Positions 25,760 through 38,613 of a stretch of DNA of 59,295 nucleotides are shown here, in pieces. The translations under genes and the position numbers were made by a program. The stretch spans positions 1-59,295 of the forward strand of contig KZ538607.1 of NCBI GenBank assembly GCA_000934665.2, written 5' to 3'. Origin of the DNA: Catajapyx aquilonaris. Lineage: Eukaryota. The notes beneath the pieces are model-generated. The model worked only from the letters and a program-made list of their open reading frames with translations. It was not told where the DNA came from and did not search any database. Positions within the stretch are counted from its first letter, which is position 1. Every line of letters starts with the position of its first letter.

Positions 25760-25817
25760 CTACAAGGTAATCAAGATATAAAACTAGAACGGGCACAGCA
25801 CATGATATTGGAGATAC

Positions 25818-26250
25818 CTTCGTGTTTCATTCTCTGAATCTGCGCACCGTCTGCCACTATAAGCACTATAACTCTCTGCCTGTCCATAACCAAAGACTTG
25901 AGATATATACCTAGATCCTAGAGGACAAATCCAATCCAAAAGTGTGTTTGCATCTGTCGCCCGCCTTCCCCCACTTTCTACTCTCGTTCCAACATTGCCC
26001 GTTTGTCGGCGCTGTTCCACTGCCTGGGAGTGGGGCGCACTAAGCGGCCAGTGTCAACACTACTATCTGGTTTATCCTTTATGTCAAGAGCACGGTCAAG
26101 AGAGGTCAAGAGCGTCCTATTCCTCCGTGGAGCGTCACAGCTAAAAAAGTGGTTTGACTACTGAACGCCTGATGGCGCTCTGCCTAGAGCACTGGAGTCA
26201 GCGTCGACCAACGGTATCTTTTAAAACCTTCAGACGGGCCGCGGGTGGGG
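25818..26250 (-). promoter_or_regulatory. Putative CpG-rich promoter and first exon of the 18.2-26 kb unit
   Basis: Local CpG enrichment, GATGGCG motif, donors AAG|GTATCT (25817) and TAG|GTATAT (25910). Confidence 0.4.
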
Positions 26251-26487
26251 AGGGCCACGCTATAATATCTACTCGTTTCTCACTTTCTCTGACTAAGTCA
26301 ATGCCATACTGCATGCAGTACGTGCTGTTCTCTGTCGGCAATTATCCAACTAATATGGAGTCCACGGTGATGGAGTCACAAAGTCTCTCGAGGCCACCCC
26401 TCCTCCTCCCCGGAACAGTCTACAACAGCATTCAAAAATGACCGCGGCATCTCCTTTCACTTCCATTGCCTCATGCTTTTTAAAAAA

Positions 26488-26549
<62 letters not shown>

Positions 26550-26559
26550 CAACAATAAC

Positions 26560-26631
<72 letters not shown>
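26488..26631. repeat. (AAT)n microsatellite
   Basis: Direct observation. Confidence 0.98.
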
Positions 26632-28329
26632 TTGACGTAATCCGAACCTGTAATTACTCTGCCCAGTTGCGTGTGTAGGGGAAAGTGGACAGTTATACTG
26701 ACCACGAAAGAAAAATTGATGATTTTTAAAATGAACGTTACGGTACAGTACATGTCACACCGAAGTAGGCAAGTAGCTATAATAAAGATCATTAAGCAAT
26801 TGTATGAGACTATGAAATACAGTATTTTCAATATATTGTGGCATTCTAAATATTATACCAGTATTTCAAACTCAGCAAAACAGTTGTGATTGGCCACTAA
26901 GGTATATAGTTTCACTATACCAAAAGACTCGAGAGCATCTTACATTAACCCAGATATGCCTGGAAAAGTTTTTGTTGAATTTTTAAGCTTTTTTTGTTTC
27001 TATTATTAGTTCATATTAGTACCCAAAACACAAAAAGTGAGATGAAACATTTTTCTGACTGCTTGTTTGCGAGAAAATGGCTATATAACAGTTGTTGATT
27101 ACATTACCATGACAACAGTGACATTCAGCAATATCCATAGTTTCATAATATCACCACTGATTGATTGTTGTCTATTGCATTACCATTGGAAACAGGCCAC
27201 CCAAAGAATGGGTTGTAATTGAGTAACAATCAACAACAATCAAGGATTGTTGCAACGGTTGCCATGTTAACCAATTGGCATGTAATCTCATTTTAATTGT
27301 ATGGATTCATTAAAATACAGTTCAACAAATCATACAAAATCCACACACATACTTCACTTGTCTAATGTGGGTGCATTGGCCTCTTTGTTCCCCCGAAGGT
27401 TGTTTGGTTGGTTGGTAGGAAGGGTTACCCAGCTTGTATGGCTCTGTCTGAGTCGAGCCTTGGCAGCCGGGGGTAGGAGAGGAAGGTGTGGGATTGCAAG
27501 GTAGGGGTGGGTGAGAAGGGTGGGGGAGAGGAGGGCTGCCCCCAGCTGTACTGCAATGCCGGGTCCAACCCAGGGACGGGGGTGGGATATTTTCCCAAGC
27601 ACCCCGTCCGACCAAGAAATGCGAGTCAGGTCCGCAGAGAGTACCGTCGCTGGCGAACCAGCCGGGACCTCATACAACCCAATTGATTAATTATCAAATA
27701 AATTCTTCCCTTCTGTGTTGTGATTAGTGTTCCCCCAAAGGGACGCCAGATTTCAGCACTACTCTCAGACAAGGAGAGTAAAAAACATTCCAATATTTCC
27801 ACATCGACATCATCATTCATAAGTTTTCTAAGTATTACAAACAAAAAATAACTCATAATGCTAATCAACATTCGAGAATTAATTACTAATCGTCTTCGGA
27901 ACATGGAGGTGCAGCCATTATTTCCTGAGTTGAAATTCAAACACCTTAACTCTTAAAAATCTGAAGCAATATTGAGCAGGTTTGAACCTGTATCGTTAGC
28001 TGGGACTCTCCTGAAGCCCCCGTCACTACTGCCAGCTCTTTAGCAGCAGAAGAACCTGCACAAAAAATTAAAATGTAACAACTGTGCAGGTGTCCCCTAT
28101 AGGGGACACTCGGCATATCTGAGTTAAGATAGACATTTATACTTGCCACTCTTATGGCCTGTTAAAAGTATTCATATGGGCTATGGCTGCTATTTTGCTC
28201 TTTTGGGAGGGTTGGAAAGAAACCCTGTCTGGTGTGTTACAGGCCATGAATGGCAGGATGACTGTGGGCAGGACATAAGCAGGATTGCAACCAGCACAGT
28301 CAGGAGCACGGTCAGGAGGCTTTGTAGAT

Positions 28330-29260
28330 ATAATAATTATGTGAATTCGAAGCGGTTTCACTCTAGAATATATTGTTACTGCTGCTGATGCAACGTGGGT
28401 CCAGCACCATGATCCTAAGACAAAGTGGAAACATAAAAGTTCACCTCCTCCCAATGAAGTTTTATGTGCAGGTCCTGGTCAGTAGGGAGGTCACTATTAA
28501 TCATTTTCTGGAACCAGTGTGGTGTTTTGAGGTAGACTTCATACCACATCACACCTCAATCATGGGAAGTGTGCAATGTGCATGCTGACACTCTGAAACA
28601 TCTCTGTTGGTCAGTGATCCACGAGAAGCATCCAGAAAAAGTGGAATCTGGAGTGATGCTTCTGTACAACAATGTGCCAGTCCACAAGTGTTATGCAGTA
28701 CAAGCTGTCATCTGTCAGGACAGCTACAAAGAACTTAACCCTGGAACCGTGACGTGGGGTCTTTTAGGACCCCAAAGGAATTAAAATGATAATTACGATG
28801 AACTTTTGCCATTTAAAAAAGTATATAACAGGAAGTGCATGTTTATTTTGAATTAGCGATCATTTTAGGCATTGTTCAAAGAACGATTGCATAATAATAT
28901 TATAGTCTATACATTGAAAAGTACTATATAAAAATTAATAAAAATTAAAATATGGATGGGGTCCTAAAAGACCCCACATCACGGTTCCATGGTTAAACAT
29001 CCCCTCCACAGTCTGGACCGATCTGGACCTAACCCCCAGTGACTTTCACTTGTTTTGTCACTTTAAGAAAAGTCTGTCAGGTCAGAGATTGCAAAGCGAC
29101 AGCAATGTCCAAGAGGCTCTGGAAACCTGATTGGAAGGGAGTAGGCCTACTTCAGACTTCTTTACTGCTGGAATATTTTCCTTGCCAGACAAATGGAGGA
29201 AATGCACTGATGTACAAGGAGACTTTGTCGAGAAGCAACAGCAGCATCACAACATTCTAG
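28330..29260 (+). pseudogene. Mariner (DD34D-type) transposase relic
   Basis: 'RIVTADATWVQHHDP'-like, 'VMLLYNNVPVH', and after removing the MITE 'ELKHPLHSLD...PSDFHLF', 'DKWRKC'. Confidence 0.8.
28739..28992. mobile_element. piggyBac-like MITE inserted in the mariner relic
   Basis: TTAA|CCCTGGAACCGTGACGTGGGGTCTTTTAGGACCCC...GGTTCCATGG|TTAA. Confidence 0.88.
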
Positions 29261-29267
29261 AAAAACT

Positions 29268-29466
29268 CCTCATGAGTCAATCAAGGGTCAGAGGAGGTCA
29301 ATTTAAAAAAAAATCTGGTACGTATAGTCCTGGCCGAATTTCGGAAGCATTTATATTTTGATGGTTTTGTTAGTAAGTTTGTAATCGAAAAGACGACGTG
29401 GGGTCCAAAGAGGACCCCACGTTGCAAGTTAAGCATGGCTAAATGAGGTTGCAAGTTAAGGGTTAA
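29268..29466. mobile_element. Right-end fragment of the piggyBac-like family seen at 37505-38613
   Basis: Homologous to 38133-38617 minus the SINE; ends GTTGCAAGTTAAGGG|TTAA. Confidence 0.8.
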
Positions 29467-30819
29467 TATTAGTATTACTACCATTACAACAGCAATTATT
29501 ATAATTTAGCCTTCAAACAGTAGTGATGTCACATGCCTATTACTTTTGTGTTATACAGTGTGTTCCAAGTATTTGGGTCCTTTTAGTTATTGCAAATTTT
29601 GCCTGATGTTGTTATTTTCATGTAGCTTTTAGTGCCCCAATTATTAATCAAAACTTGTGCTGTCATGCCTGAATGTGACTAGCAAGTAGACATAAGCTGA
29701 GATTTCCATAGGGTAATAGGAAGATTCAGGAAATAGCCCAAGGAGATATTCTAATTATCCCAATAAGCTATGTTTGGAACCAGGAAATGATCATTTCAGA
29801 AATTAACACATAGATACTCCACGTCAATGGAGCACTTCTTTCAGTCAAAATTCTCAGTGTGGTCAAAGAGAGTCCTCCTGGTAGACCATGAAATAATCCA
29901 ATCAAATGCCCACATGGGCCACAAACTTGCTATATGCATGGGCAGAGAAGTCGGAGAAACATTTCTTACACCTTTTGAGAGCTATTGATAATTTATTCCA
30001 GTAATAAAAATCTAACAAATTTGTCATTACATAGCCATCTTTATTCATGGCTAATTCACTGGATTGAAATCCAATATATTAATAATACCACTTTCCCAAG
30101 ACCTAATATTGCAGAAATCTTACTGTTGCATCTTTGGTTTATTGTAACTTTTATTTGGAAAACATACCACATTAAAAACACAAGAAGAGTGCATTTCAAT
30201 CTTCTTTACAACTTGTCATACAGGCAACTTGGCAAGAAACGCACCAGAAAGAGTGCTCACAAAAGTTTATGACATTTTTGGGAAGTTGTCCCTTTGTGAG
30301 CACAGATTGCTTCAATATTCAAGGTGTGGCCTTCGACAATCTGCCATGCTCCATTTCAGTGTCCATGTCATAATGGGGGGTGCGGAGGTGGGGGCTTGTG
30401 TGCTCCAACCACCTCCAGAGAGCTATGACAGTGATGCTTGGCTACTAGAAGCTGCTCCCAAAATATGGAAATGGGGCAGACGGCAGATCAAGAGAGATGA
30501 ACCTATCCTGCCATCGAAGAAAGGGAAGTTAACCCTTTTCTTCTCTTTTCTCTCTCTTCCTCCTCCTATCTCTTTTTTACTGTACAGTCGCGACCATAAG
30601 ATGCTGAGAGTAGACCAGAGCTCTTCTTCTGCCCTACCATCCACATCTTTATGCTCGTGACTGTACATCCAGAGGAAATCAATCATTTTTAAAAAACAGC
30701 AGAATTTCTCTTCAGGCCTCACAATAATGTCTCAAGGAAAAAACTAATTTTCATATCATCTTGCCTGAACAAAAGAGACAGGGGTATGGAACCAATGGGC
30801 AGTGAAACTAAATTCTATA

Positions 30820-31267
30820 CAGGGTGAAGGGAAACTTGCGGACAATCGCCAGGTAAACTTGTAGTACTCGCAAAACTAATATAGGGATGTGCAATTAGTT
30901 TTTGGCTCCGTTGCATAGTTAATGCATACGGCGCCCTTAAAATGAAGACTGTAGAGGGCCGGATGGTGGAATATGAGACCAAAATGACAAAATGAATGGG
31001 TGTCGTACCCGAATTCTTACTCTGACGGGATTTGATTGCCTTTTGCACGTGGATGATGTGTTAGGGGACCAAGGCAAGGGACCAGAGGCCCTCAAACTGA
31101 CTTTTGCTTCTAGAAGCTGGCGGAATGGATGTGACGTCACAAAACTTTGACGGCGCCGTACGCATTAACTACGCAATGGAGCCCAAAACTAATTGCACAT
31201 CCCTATGTTAGTTTTACGAGTACTATGAGTCTACCTGCCGATTGTCCACGAGTTTCCCTTCACCCTG
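30820..31267. mobile_element. Tc1/mariner MITE, about 115-bp TIRs
   Basis: TA|CAGGGTGAAGGGAAACT...AGTTTCCCTTCACCCTG|TA. Confidence 0.9.
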
Positions 31268-31529
31268 TATTATCATGGGATACCAAAACAAGAAATACAT
31301 ATTTTGTATTGAGAAATGTGTGCCCAATTGTTGAAGCCACCATTTTACATGTCTTTCTGGTGCATTACAAGCTCAAGTACCTACAATTTCAAAATCTACA
31401 GCCACCATCATTTTAACTTTCTACACCAGCACAAAATTCTCATGTAAAAAAATCACCCTGTACAAAGACAAACTAAATACCTTCATTTCAGTCACATTAT
31501 GCCTAATAAGAAGTTGCAGTCAAGATATA

Positions 31530-33506
31530 CAGTACTTGCCCAACACCAATGAAGTTCGCCTAGCACAAAAATCACTTGCATGTCGATGTTACAAATACGA
31601 ATTACTTGAGAATGAGTCATGTTTTAATAGCCCAACTTATATGCTAATGAGCCACATGGAAGAGCAATGTTGGTGCGAGATATCAATGCATTTGTCAGTG
31701 GAACGAGAAGAATAGGACAGTATTGATGCGGCACACCGGGGGCAATGGAGTTCGCCCAGAGCACTAAACGGCCACAAAGTTCGCCCACTGTTAGATCTTA
31801 GATGCAGACTGATGTGGTTGTGTCAGATGAAAAAAAAAGTGCAGGTCTCTTGCACTGTGCCACAATGCACTCATTGACTGTGTCTGAAAATAACCATGGG
31901 TCATGGGAGTTGGTAAGCCCATTCCTCAAGAGGTACGCAAGGTGATGCAGAAGAGCTCTGGAGAATAAGGAAAGTCTGCGTATGTGGTAGCACAAGAAGG
32001 GCATGTGTCATGCTCTATGGTAAGGGGCATCACATGAAGTAACAAAACTACAAGAACCATCCAGAAAAACCTCATTATGGATGTCACCAGGCAACAGCAG
32101 CAAGGAAAAACTGCGAGCTGAGAAAAATGTCACTAAATCGGGGAAAGGAGCAGCGACAATCAATTTAAATATGGTCAGAGGTGACCCAAACGGTGGTCCC
32201 TACAACAACCTGTCAACTCTGCATCTATGGCATGAAGATGAACTTTTATGCTAACTTCTCAAAGACTAACAGGAAATTCATGAAATCAGGACCTGCCCTC
32301 TTGACAATAGGCCAAGAAGAAACCACTCTTGATGCCACTGCAACATCAAAAAGACTTGCATGGGAGAAGGAATGGAATCATTTGGCACATCAGATGTCGA
32401 ATTAGTAATGTTTCGCGACGAATGAGTCAGTACAGGGACATCCATAATAGAAGGGTTCGGGAGTAGAAGGTGATAACCCTCAAATGGGTCGGAATTGAGT
32501 TATCACCTTCTTCTCCCGAACCCTTCATTATCCCTCTTCTTTTTTTGGACATATGGATTACAATAGGGTTCGGGAGAAGAAGGTGATAACTCAATTACGA
32601 CCCATTTGAGGGATATCACCTTCTACTCCCGAACCCTTCATTGAGTACTGCGAACAAAGGAAGAGACGTACCATCCCAATGTCTCACCAGAACCGTCAAA
32701 CATGCACACAGCATTATGGTGTGGGGATGCATGGGTAGTGTCGGCCTTGGCAACTTTCATGGCATCATTCGCATCAATGGCACCATCGATACAACAATGT
32801 TTCAGGAGATTTTGAGAGGCCATCTGCTGTGTATGCCCTCAATAGCAACCTTATGGTTCCAAAAAGATGGTAAGGCCCTAGCACGAGGTATAAAAAACAA
32901 AAACAAACACAAAAAAAGCAACCTTACATCTGGATGTCAACATAATATTTCAACAGGACTTTGCATCATGCCAAAACAGTGGAAGCAAGTGGCTGGCAGA
33001 CAAGGGGATTGACAATCTACATGGCCATCTAGCAGCCTGGGCCTCAATCTGATTGAGACAGCCTGTAAAATCATGAAGAAGGTACTTCGGAGGAAACACC
33101 CTTGCACCAAGGCATCCCTGAGGACCAAACTACAGGAGGTTTAGGACAGCGTCACTTCAGCCGAGTGCCAGATCTCCTTCAACACAATGTCGTGTTGTGT
33201 GGAGGCTATCATTGCTGCCCATGGCGATGTCACCTGCTTCTAGGCGAATTTTGTGGTGCGTTTAGCGCTCTGGGCATGCCCGAACTCTCTTGCCCCCAGC
33301 GCGATACAAAAATACTGTCCCATTCTTCTTGTTCCACTGACAAAAATGCATTGATATCTCGCCCCAACATTGCTCTTCCATGTGGCTCATTAGCATATAA
33401 GTTGTGAGATTAAAACATGATTCATTTTCAAGTAATTCGTATTTGTAACATCAACATGCAGGCGATGTTCGTGCTAGGGGAACCTCATTGGTGTTGGGGA
33501 AGTACT
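31530..33506 (+). mobile_element. Decayed near full-length Tc1 element with long (about 250-bp) TIRs
   Basis: TA|CAGTACTT terminus; relics 'RTVKHAHSIMVWGCM...GLG...INGTID' and 'WPSSSLGLNLIE' (WPxxSPDLNPIE); frameshifts and stops. Confidence 0.88.
32450..32639. repeat. Double-hairpin insert within the Tc1 transposase
   Basis: Two units of about 77 bp, each self-complementary (AGGGTTCGGGAG(T/A)AGAAGGTGATA...TATCACCTTCT(T/A)CTCCCGAACCCT) and inverted relative to each other. Confidence 0.85.
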
Positions 33507-34255
33507 TATGGCTCTCAATACAACAATGGCCGATTCTGCATGGCCTGAGGCTATATGAACAGCAGCAGTGGAGGTTCTGCAACGGTATCTAGTCATCACC
33601 TTTAAATTAAGACACCGAACTAGGCTGGGAAACTTGTCATCATGTAGTACTGGTATTTTGAGTCCTTTTTCATGTTTGAGAAGTGTACTAATCCAAATCA
33701 ATTTCACTATCTTTTTAATCTTCGTAGAATACATTGTATAAAATTATTCATATTGCATGCCGAAATGATAAAAGCTCCCAAGTCTTCTACATTTCAACAT
33801 GCAAATTATAATAATTTTTTATTACACAGTAATTACCATGCATTCTTGGACAGACTGTATAAAATGAGGCTGACCAGGGTGCAAGTATACCTCAGGGAAG
33901 TATGCCAACCAGTATCAAAGGGAGTTCTTTTGTGATTTCCTTATGCCATTCAAAATGATCACAAGTTAATTAAGAAGTGATGCACCGCCAGAAGAGGTTC
34001 AGGGATTCACAAACAAATATTTCTTGTAATTTTTTGTGGTGCTTGTAAGTGATTAATATGGATCGTTTTTACCTTGCATGGTGCATGCAGCCTTCGGGAA
34101 CCACACAAAACACCAAATTGTTACATCTGCTCATTTCTATTGGACTTGGATATTTGAGTTTTGGCACAAGCAATTCAAGGCAATTTGTCCAAATTATACT
34201 GATTCCCAGCGTGTTATTTTTAACTCTGCTAATATTCTACTACACGAAGCACTGA

Positions 34256-34381
34256 GGGCCGGTTTCACCGAGCTCGGTATATGATAAAACTAGGTTTCTT
34301 TAGGAAAATCCATACAAATATGTAGGAATTTTCCGAAAGTACCCTGGTTTTATCATATACCGAGCTTGGTGAAACCAGCCC
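34256..34381. mobile_element. PIF/Harbinger-type mini-MITE
   Basis: 3-bp TSD TGA; TIR GGGC(C/T)GGTTTCACC.AGCTCGGTATATGATAAAAC. Confidence 0.85.
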
Positions 34382-36470
34382 TGAATGTGCAGTTTATAAA
34401 ATCTGGTCAAGTCCAATTTTACTGGCATGCCACAAGATGAGTGGTAATAAGTTAATAATTATCCTCTAAGTTTTACATAACTCAACTTGGTTGTTGTATG
34501 AGAGCCATAAAGTCTGTCAGTACTGCAAATAATGCCTTGAAAAACATAACAGTATGATAAATATTATACAAATAAAATGAAATCACTCACAGCAAACTCA
34601 AAAACCAAACCAAGAGTTTCTCCTTAAAAAAAAAAAAAAAAACCTCCACCACAATGGCACACAGAGTCAAAATACTGTCCCTCCAGTACATGCAGTGCAT
34701 TCACATAACAGCAGCACTATGTGGCAGCATAAAGAATGTAATTTTTTGTTATGTTCATTCCAATATACAGCAACAGATTTTCACCCTACATAATTATGAG
34801 CCCTTTACATAATGTGCTAGCATGTTTACATGGATTTATGTGCATAAGAATTGGTTCACAAATATATTACAGATACTCAATGTGTCAGCTTACACCATGT
34901 AACGAAAGGTGTAAATTTCATTCACAAATGCAAAACTTCCAATTCAGAAGTTGAAAATGCGATTATCAGGAAGATAGTTTAATGCAGACCACATATGAAT
35001 ATACAAATAGGTGGGGATACAATCGATGTCCTCAGGACATAAAGTGTCAAAAAATGTCACCCACATCCTCATCAACTATCACAGTCCAGCATTATTATTA
35101 TTGAATCTGCATGGGCCCATTTAGGGGCACGCCAATAAAAATCATTATAAAGATGCCTACTAATGCCCCTGGGTGTGTTGCTGTTCATTGGTGACAGGCA
35201 CCACACTACTGGGTCTCCGTCATGTTTCCTTGGTAGGATCCTGAACACCCACTTCTCTCCCAAAACTCTCTCTCCACCTTTCTCCCTGCTTAAGTTACCT
35301 CAGTTCTTCCAACCAACGCAACACAATACAGAACCAATCACTGTGCTGCTGCATCATACATTCTAAAAATGACAAGTCATAGGACTACCAAAAGGAAGCT
35401 GCGGCTGCTTTTCAAGTCACTGTCAGTCTTTGGTACAAGTTCTCAATTGTTAACATCTCCTTTCAATATTATTACCTCGCCTGTGAAAACTGAATTTGCC
35501 TGAACGTTCAATACGAATGCTCTCCACAGTATGGTATAAAATGCCATATTTGACATTTCTTGTCAGACCAGCAGTCTGACAAGACGCATAAATTTTGCAA
35601 GTAGATTGTTGCAAAGGCTGAATCTGAAGGTGCTCCTACACATAGCAGTCGATTGCTGTCAAAATGGTGAGAAAATCAGAGCACTCCCGATGTCACTTGG
35701 AGGATGGAGGTCAAATATTATGAGGGAATGTGGTGCTTGAACTTGGAGCAGAAGCATGCAAAGTTAGCTACCTAGCCCGCTGAGTGCTTCAGTGTAAGGA
35801 AATATAAAATGTCACACAATATGATAAGCAAAGTCACCAGGCCAGTGGTGGCCCTTCAATATACCGAAGCTGTTTCTTGGATTCCAGCTCTCATGATTGC
35901 TTCCTTCTTACTGAACCACAAGATGTGCAGATGCAGACCTATCAATGCAATGCAAAACTTTAAAAAACAGTCCTAATGCATCAAAGTTACCCAATTTTCT
36001 GGGAAGTCATAAAAATGTTGTAAATCTGCATTTATGGACTCATTGACCAAATGTCATTATCTTTAAATATGCTTTTCTATGCAAAACAAGACCCAAAATT
36101 TTAGGTTCAGAAAACCATAACTCAAGCTACTCTGGAACTCTGGCTATTCTGCATACACTGGCTCAAAATATGTAAAAACATAACTTTCCAACCTCTTGTG
36201 ATAACTGAGGGCCATAAGAAGCTCAGTGAGATGTCGAGTTGTCATATGCCATGCAACACAAAGTACCTTGGCATTTATCAGCCTGACCAGTCACCAGAGG
36301 GTTCATTGTATAGGTCAAACCAGATGGCCAGTTGCATATATCTGGTCATCACTGGCCACCCCTTAATGGGATCAAGACCGTGACGGATGTGATATATGAA
36401 GGATAACATAATTATCATTGTCTTGCTGAGCTCCTCACAGCCCTCAGTAATGATGGTAGTTTGTCCAGAT

Positions 36471-36817
36471 CAAAGATATCTGCTATATATACTGCTAGAT
36501 GCATAACTGCTAAGAAAAAGTGAAGCCAGTTTGTGCAGTCGCCCAAAGCAAAGATGGCGGCTTTGGGTGACTTGGATCGATCTGCCGTGGTGGCCTGTAC
36601 GTAGTTGGGCATCTTCATGGGATGCCCGGCGCCCCTGGAAACGTCCCACTGCTGTCCAGCCCATCTGCACAGGGGCCGCCCCTAAGGCCGCTTCTGCTGC
36701 CCCGCCCAAAGTAACGATGGCGCCATCTTTACTTTGGGCGTGATTTGGCTTCACTCGGCTTGTATGGAAAGGGATAGCGAGTTATGCATCTAGCAGTATA
36801 TATAGCAGATATCTTTG
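36471..36817. mobile_element. P-element-like MITE just downstream of the PDXDC1 stop
   Basis: 38-bp perfect TIR CAAAGATATCTGCTATATATACTGCTAGATGCATAACT; flanks GTCCAGAT/GTCCAGAG. Confidence 0.85.
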
Positions 36818-37143
36818 GTCCAGAGTGAGTGGTATTGAGGTAATGGAGTGGGTTGGATCTGCCTTTCAAGAGGATACTTAACATATCCCACTAGTTGCCT
36901 ATGAAGAAAGACCACAGAACTGTCCAAGTGATCATCCAGACATCAGTTTCTAACACTGTTTCACTATTGCTACTTGCAAAGGGTCCTTCAAGTATCATCG
37001 ATGATCTAAATTAAACACTGCCTATTTGGATAGAAGTTAACTGCTATGTGTAGGATCATCTTAAGATGGTGAAACAATATTCACCTACATTACTGTGCCT
37101 GCTTGTCTAGCTGAAATGTTACCAACCTGTATGATTCTGAAAT

Positions 37144-37403
37144 TTAGGAGGATGGTGCTTCCACCTCCTCCACAGGAACAAGGCCTTTAATGCCAACAGC
37201 AGTATTGCCTGGCTGGGATGTCTGAGAGCTGTGGGAGGACGAACGGGAATGACGAGGACTGGATGTGCCAGTGGAGTCTAGCTGAACTGGGGTCTGGACC
37301 ATAGGTTGAGGAGGTAACCTGGTTCCTGCTGAATTCAGGTTGGGTGACCCTTGCAGGATCTGCATATGGTACTTGTAGATGTTCTCTGTGCTCTCAACCA
37401 CAC
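37144..37403 (-). CDS. PDXDC1: PDXDC1 last coding exon 15 (GVVESTENIYKYHMQ...EAPSS*)
   Basis: Acceptor TTTTCCAG; 'ESTENIYKY' motif; TAA at 37146-37144; total CDS 2337 nt, divisible by 3. Confidence 0.9.
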
Positions 37404-37504
37404 CTGGAAAACAAAACAAGTGCTGTAGATGGTTAATGAGCAGATGGTGGTGGTGGTGGTGAGGGAATAATACAGAAAAACATTTTTACTGCAGTGATAA
37501 TTAA

Positions 37505-38613
37505 CCATTAACTTGCAACGTAGGGTCCTTTTCGGACCCCAGGGTATACTTATGTCACCCCCCTGAAGCATGTTTTTGTCAAAATGAAAATTCCCACACC
37601 TATATTACTGAAATATACTCATTGACAGCCGGAAAAAAATTATGAGCGACGAAAAAAAATTCTAAAGGGAGTTAACGTCATTTAAACGTTCACAAGCCTT
37701 CTTGGGGTCCAAAAAGGACCCCACGTTGCAAGTAAGCGACGAGTTTTTTTCGACCCTAAATAGACATGGCAAATTTATGATGTAGTAAGCATAAAAAATC
37801 GCACAGGTGTAAAAAAAAAATTATCCGTGTTTAGTATTGTACATGCAGTGAAACCTGTCCATAACGGACCCGAACAGAAACTTGTCCATTGCGGAATTTA
37901 TCCTGGGAACGGGCTTATCCACAGTACATGAATTCTGTGTCAAATGTAAAGGAAACCTGTCCATTACGGAAAATGTTATGGTTCCATGCAATTCCACTAT
38001 ACACAGGTTCACACCAACAGGAAGTCAAGCGTTAGTCAACCAGATCCAGTTTCACTTCTGCCACATGATAAGGAGACTGCCATTACAGCTGCTGGGTCAC
38101 TAACGTGGGATACGGGTAAACAGTAAAGAGCGGCTCATGAGTCAACCAAGGGTCAGAGGAGGGCAAATTTTTAAAAATCTGACACTTATAGTCCCGGCCG
38201 AATTTAGGAAGCATTTATAATAGAATAATAATAATGGATACCCCGTGCTAGGCCTCCTTGGGCCTCTTAGGGAATCATCTTTTATTTAACTGACTTTAAT
38301 CATTGCCTGTGCTGTGATGGATTTTGATAGCGGGAGGAAACGGGAGAACCCCGAGAAAACCCACGCGAAAACGGAGAGAACCCATCGAAACTCTATCCAC
38401 ATAAGAATCCTCCGTCCGACCCTGGGATCGAACTCGGGACCTTAGAGGTGGAAGGCTGCGGAGCTAACCACTCCGCCACCGTGTCGCCCTGGAAGCATTT
38501 ATATTTTGATGGTTTTGATAATGTAAGTTCGTAATCGAAAAAAAGGGCGTGGGATCCAAAAAGGACCCCACATTGCAAGTTAAGCATGGCTAAAAGAGGT
38601 TGCAAGTTAAGGG
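37505..38613. mobile_element. piggyBac-like non-autonomous element with nested MITE and SINE
   Basis: TTAA|CCATTAACTTGCAAC...GTTGCAAGTTAAGGG|TTAA; GGGTCC-N-GGACCCC subterminal palindromes. Confidence 0.8.
38220..38490 (-). mobile_element. V-domain-like tRNA SINE, full length
   Basis: 13-bp TSD GGAAGCATTTATA (38207-38219, 38491-38503); empty site at 29343-29355. Confidence 0.92.

Noticed and set aside
26438..26831. Poly-Ile/poly-Leu ORFs
   Set aside because: Translations of an (AAT)n microsatellite; the same applies to 48560-48835 and the poly-Ile start of 48490-48831
32641..33012. Functional Tc1 transposase
   Set aside because: Fragmented by frameshifts, stops and an insertion; catalytic motifs degenerate
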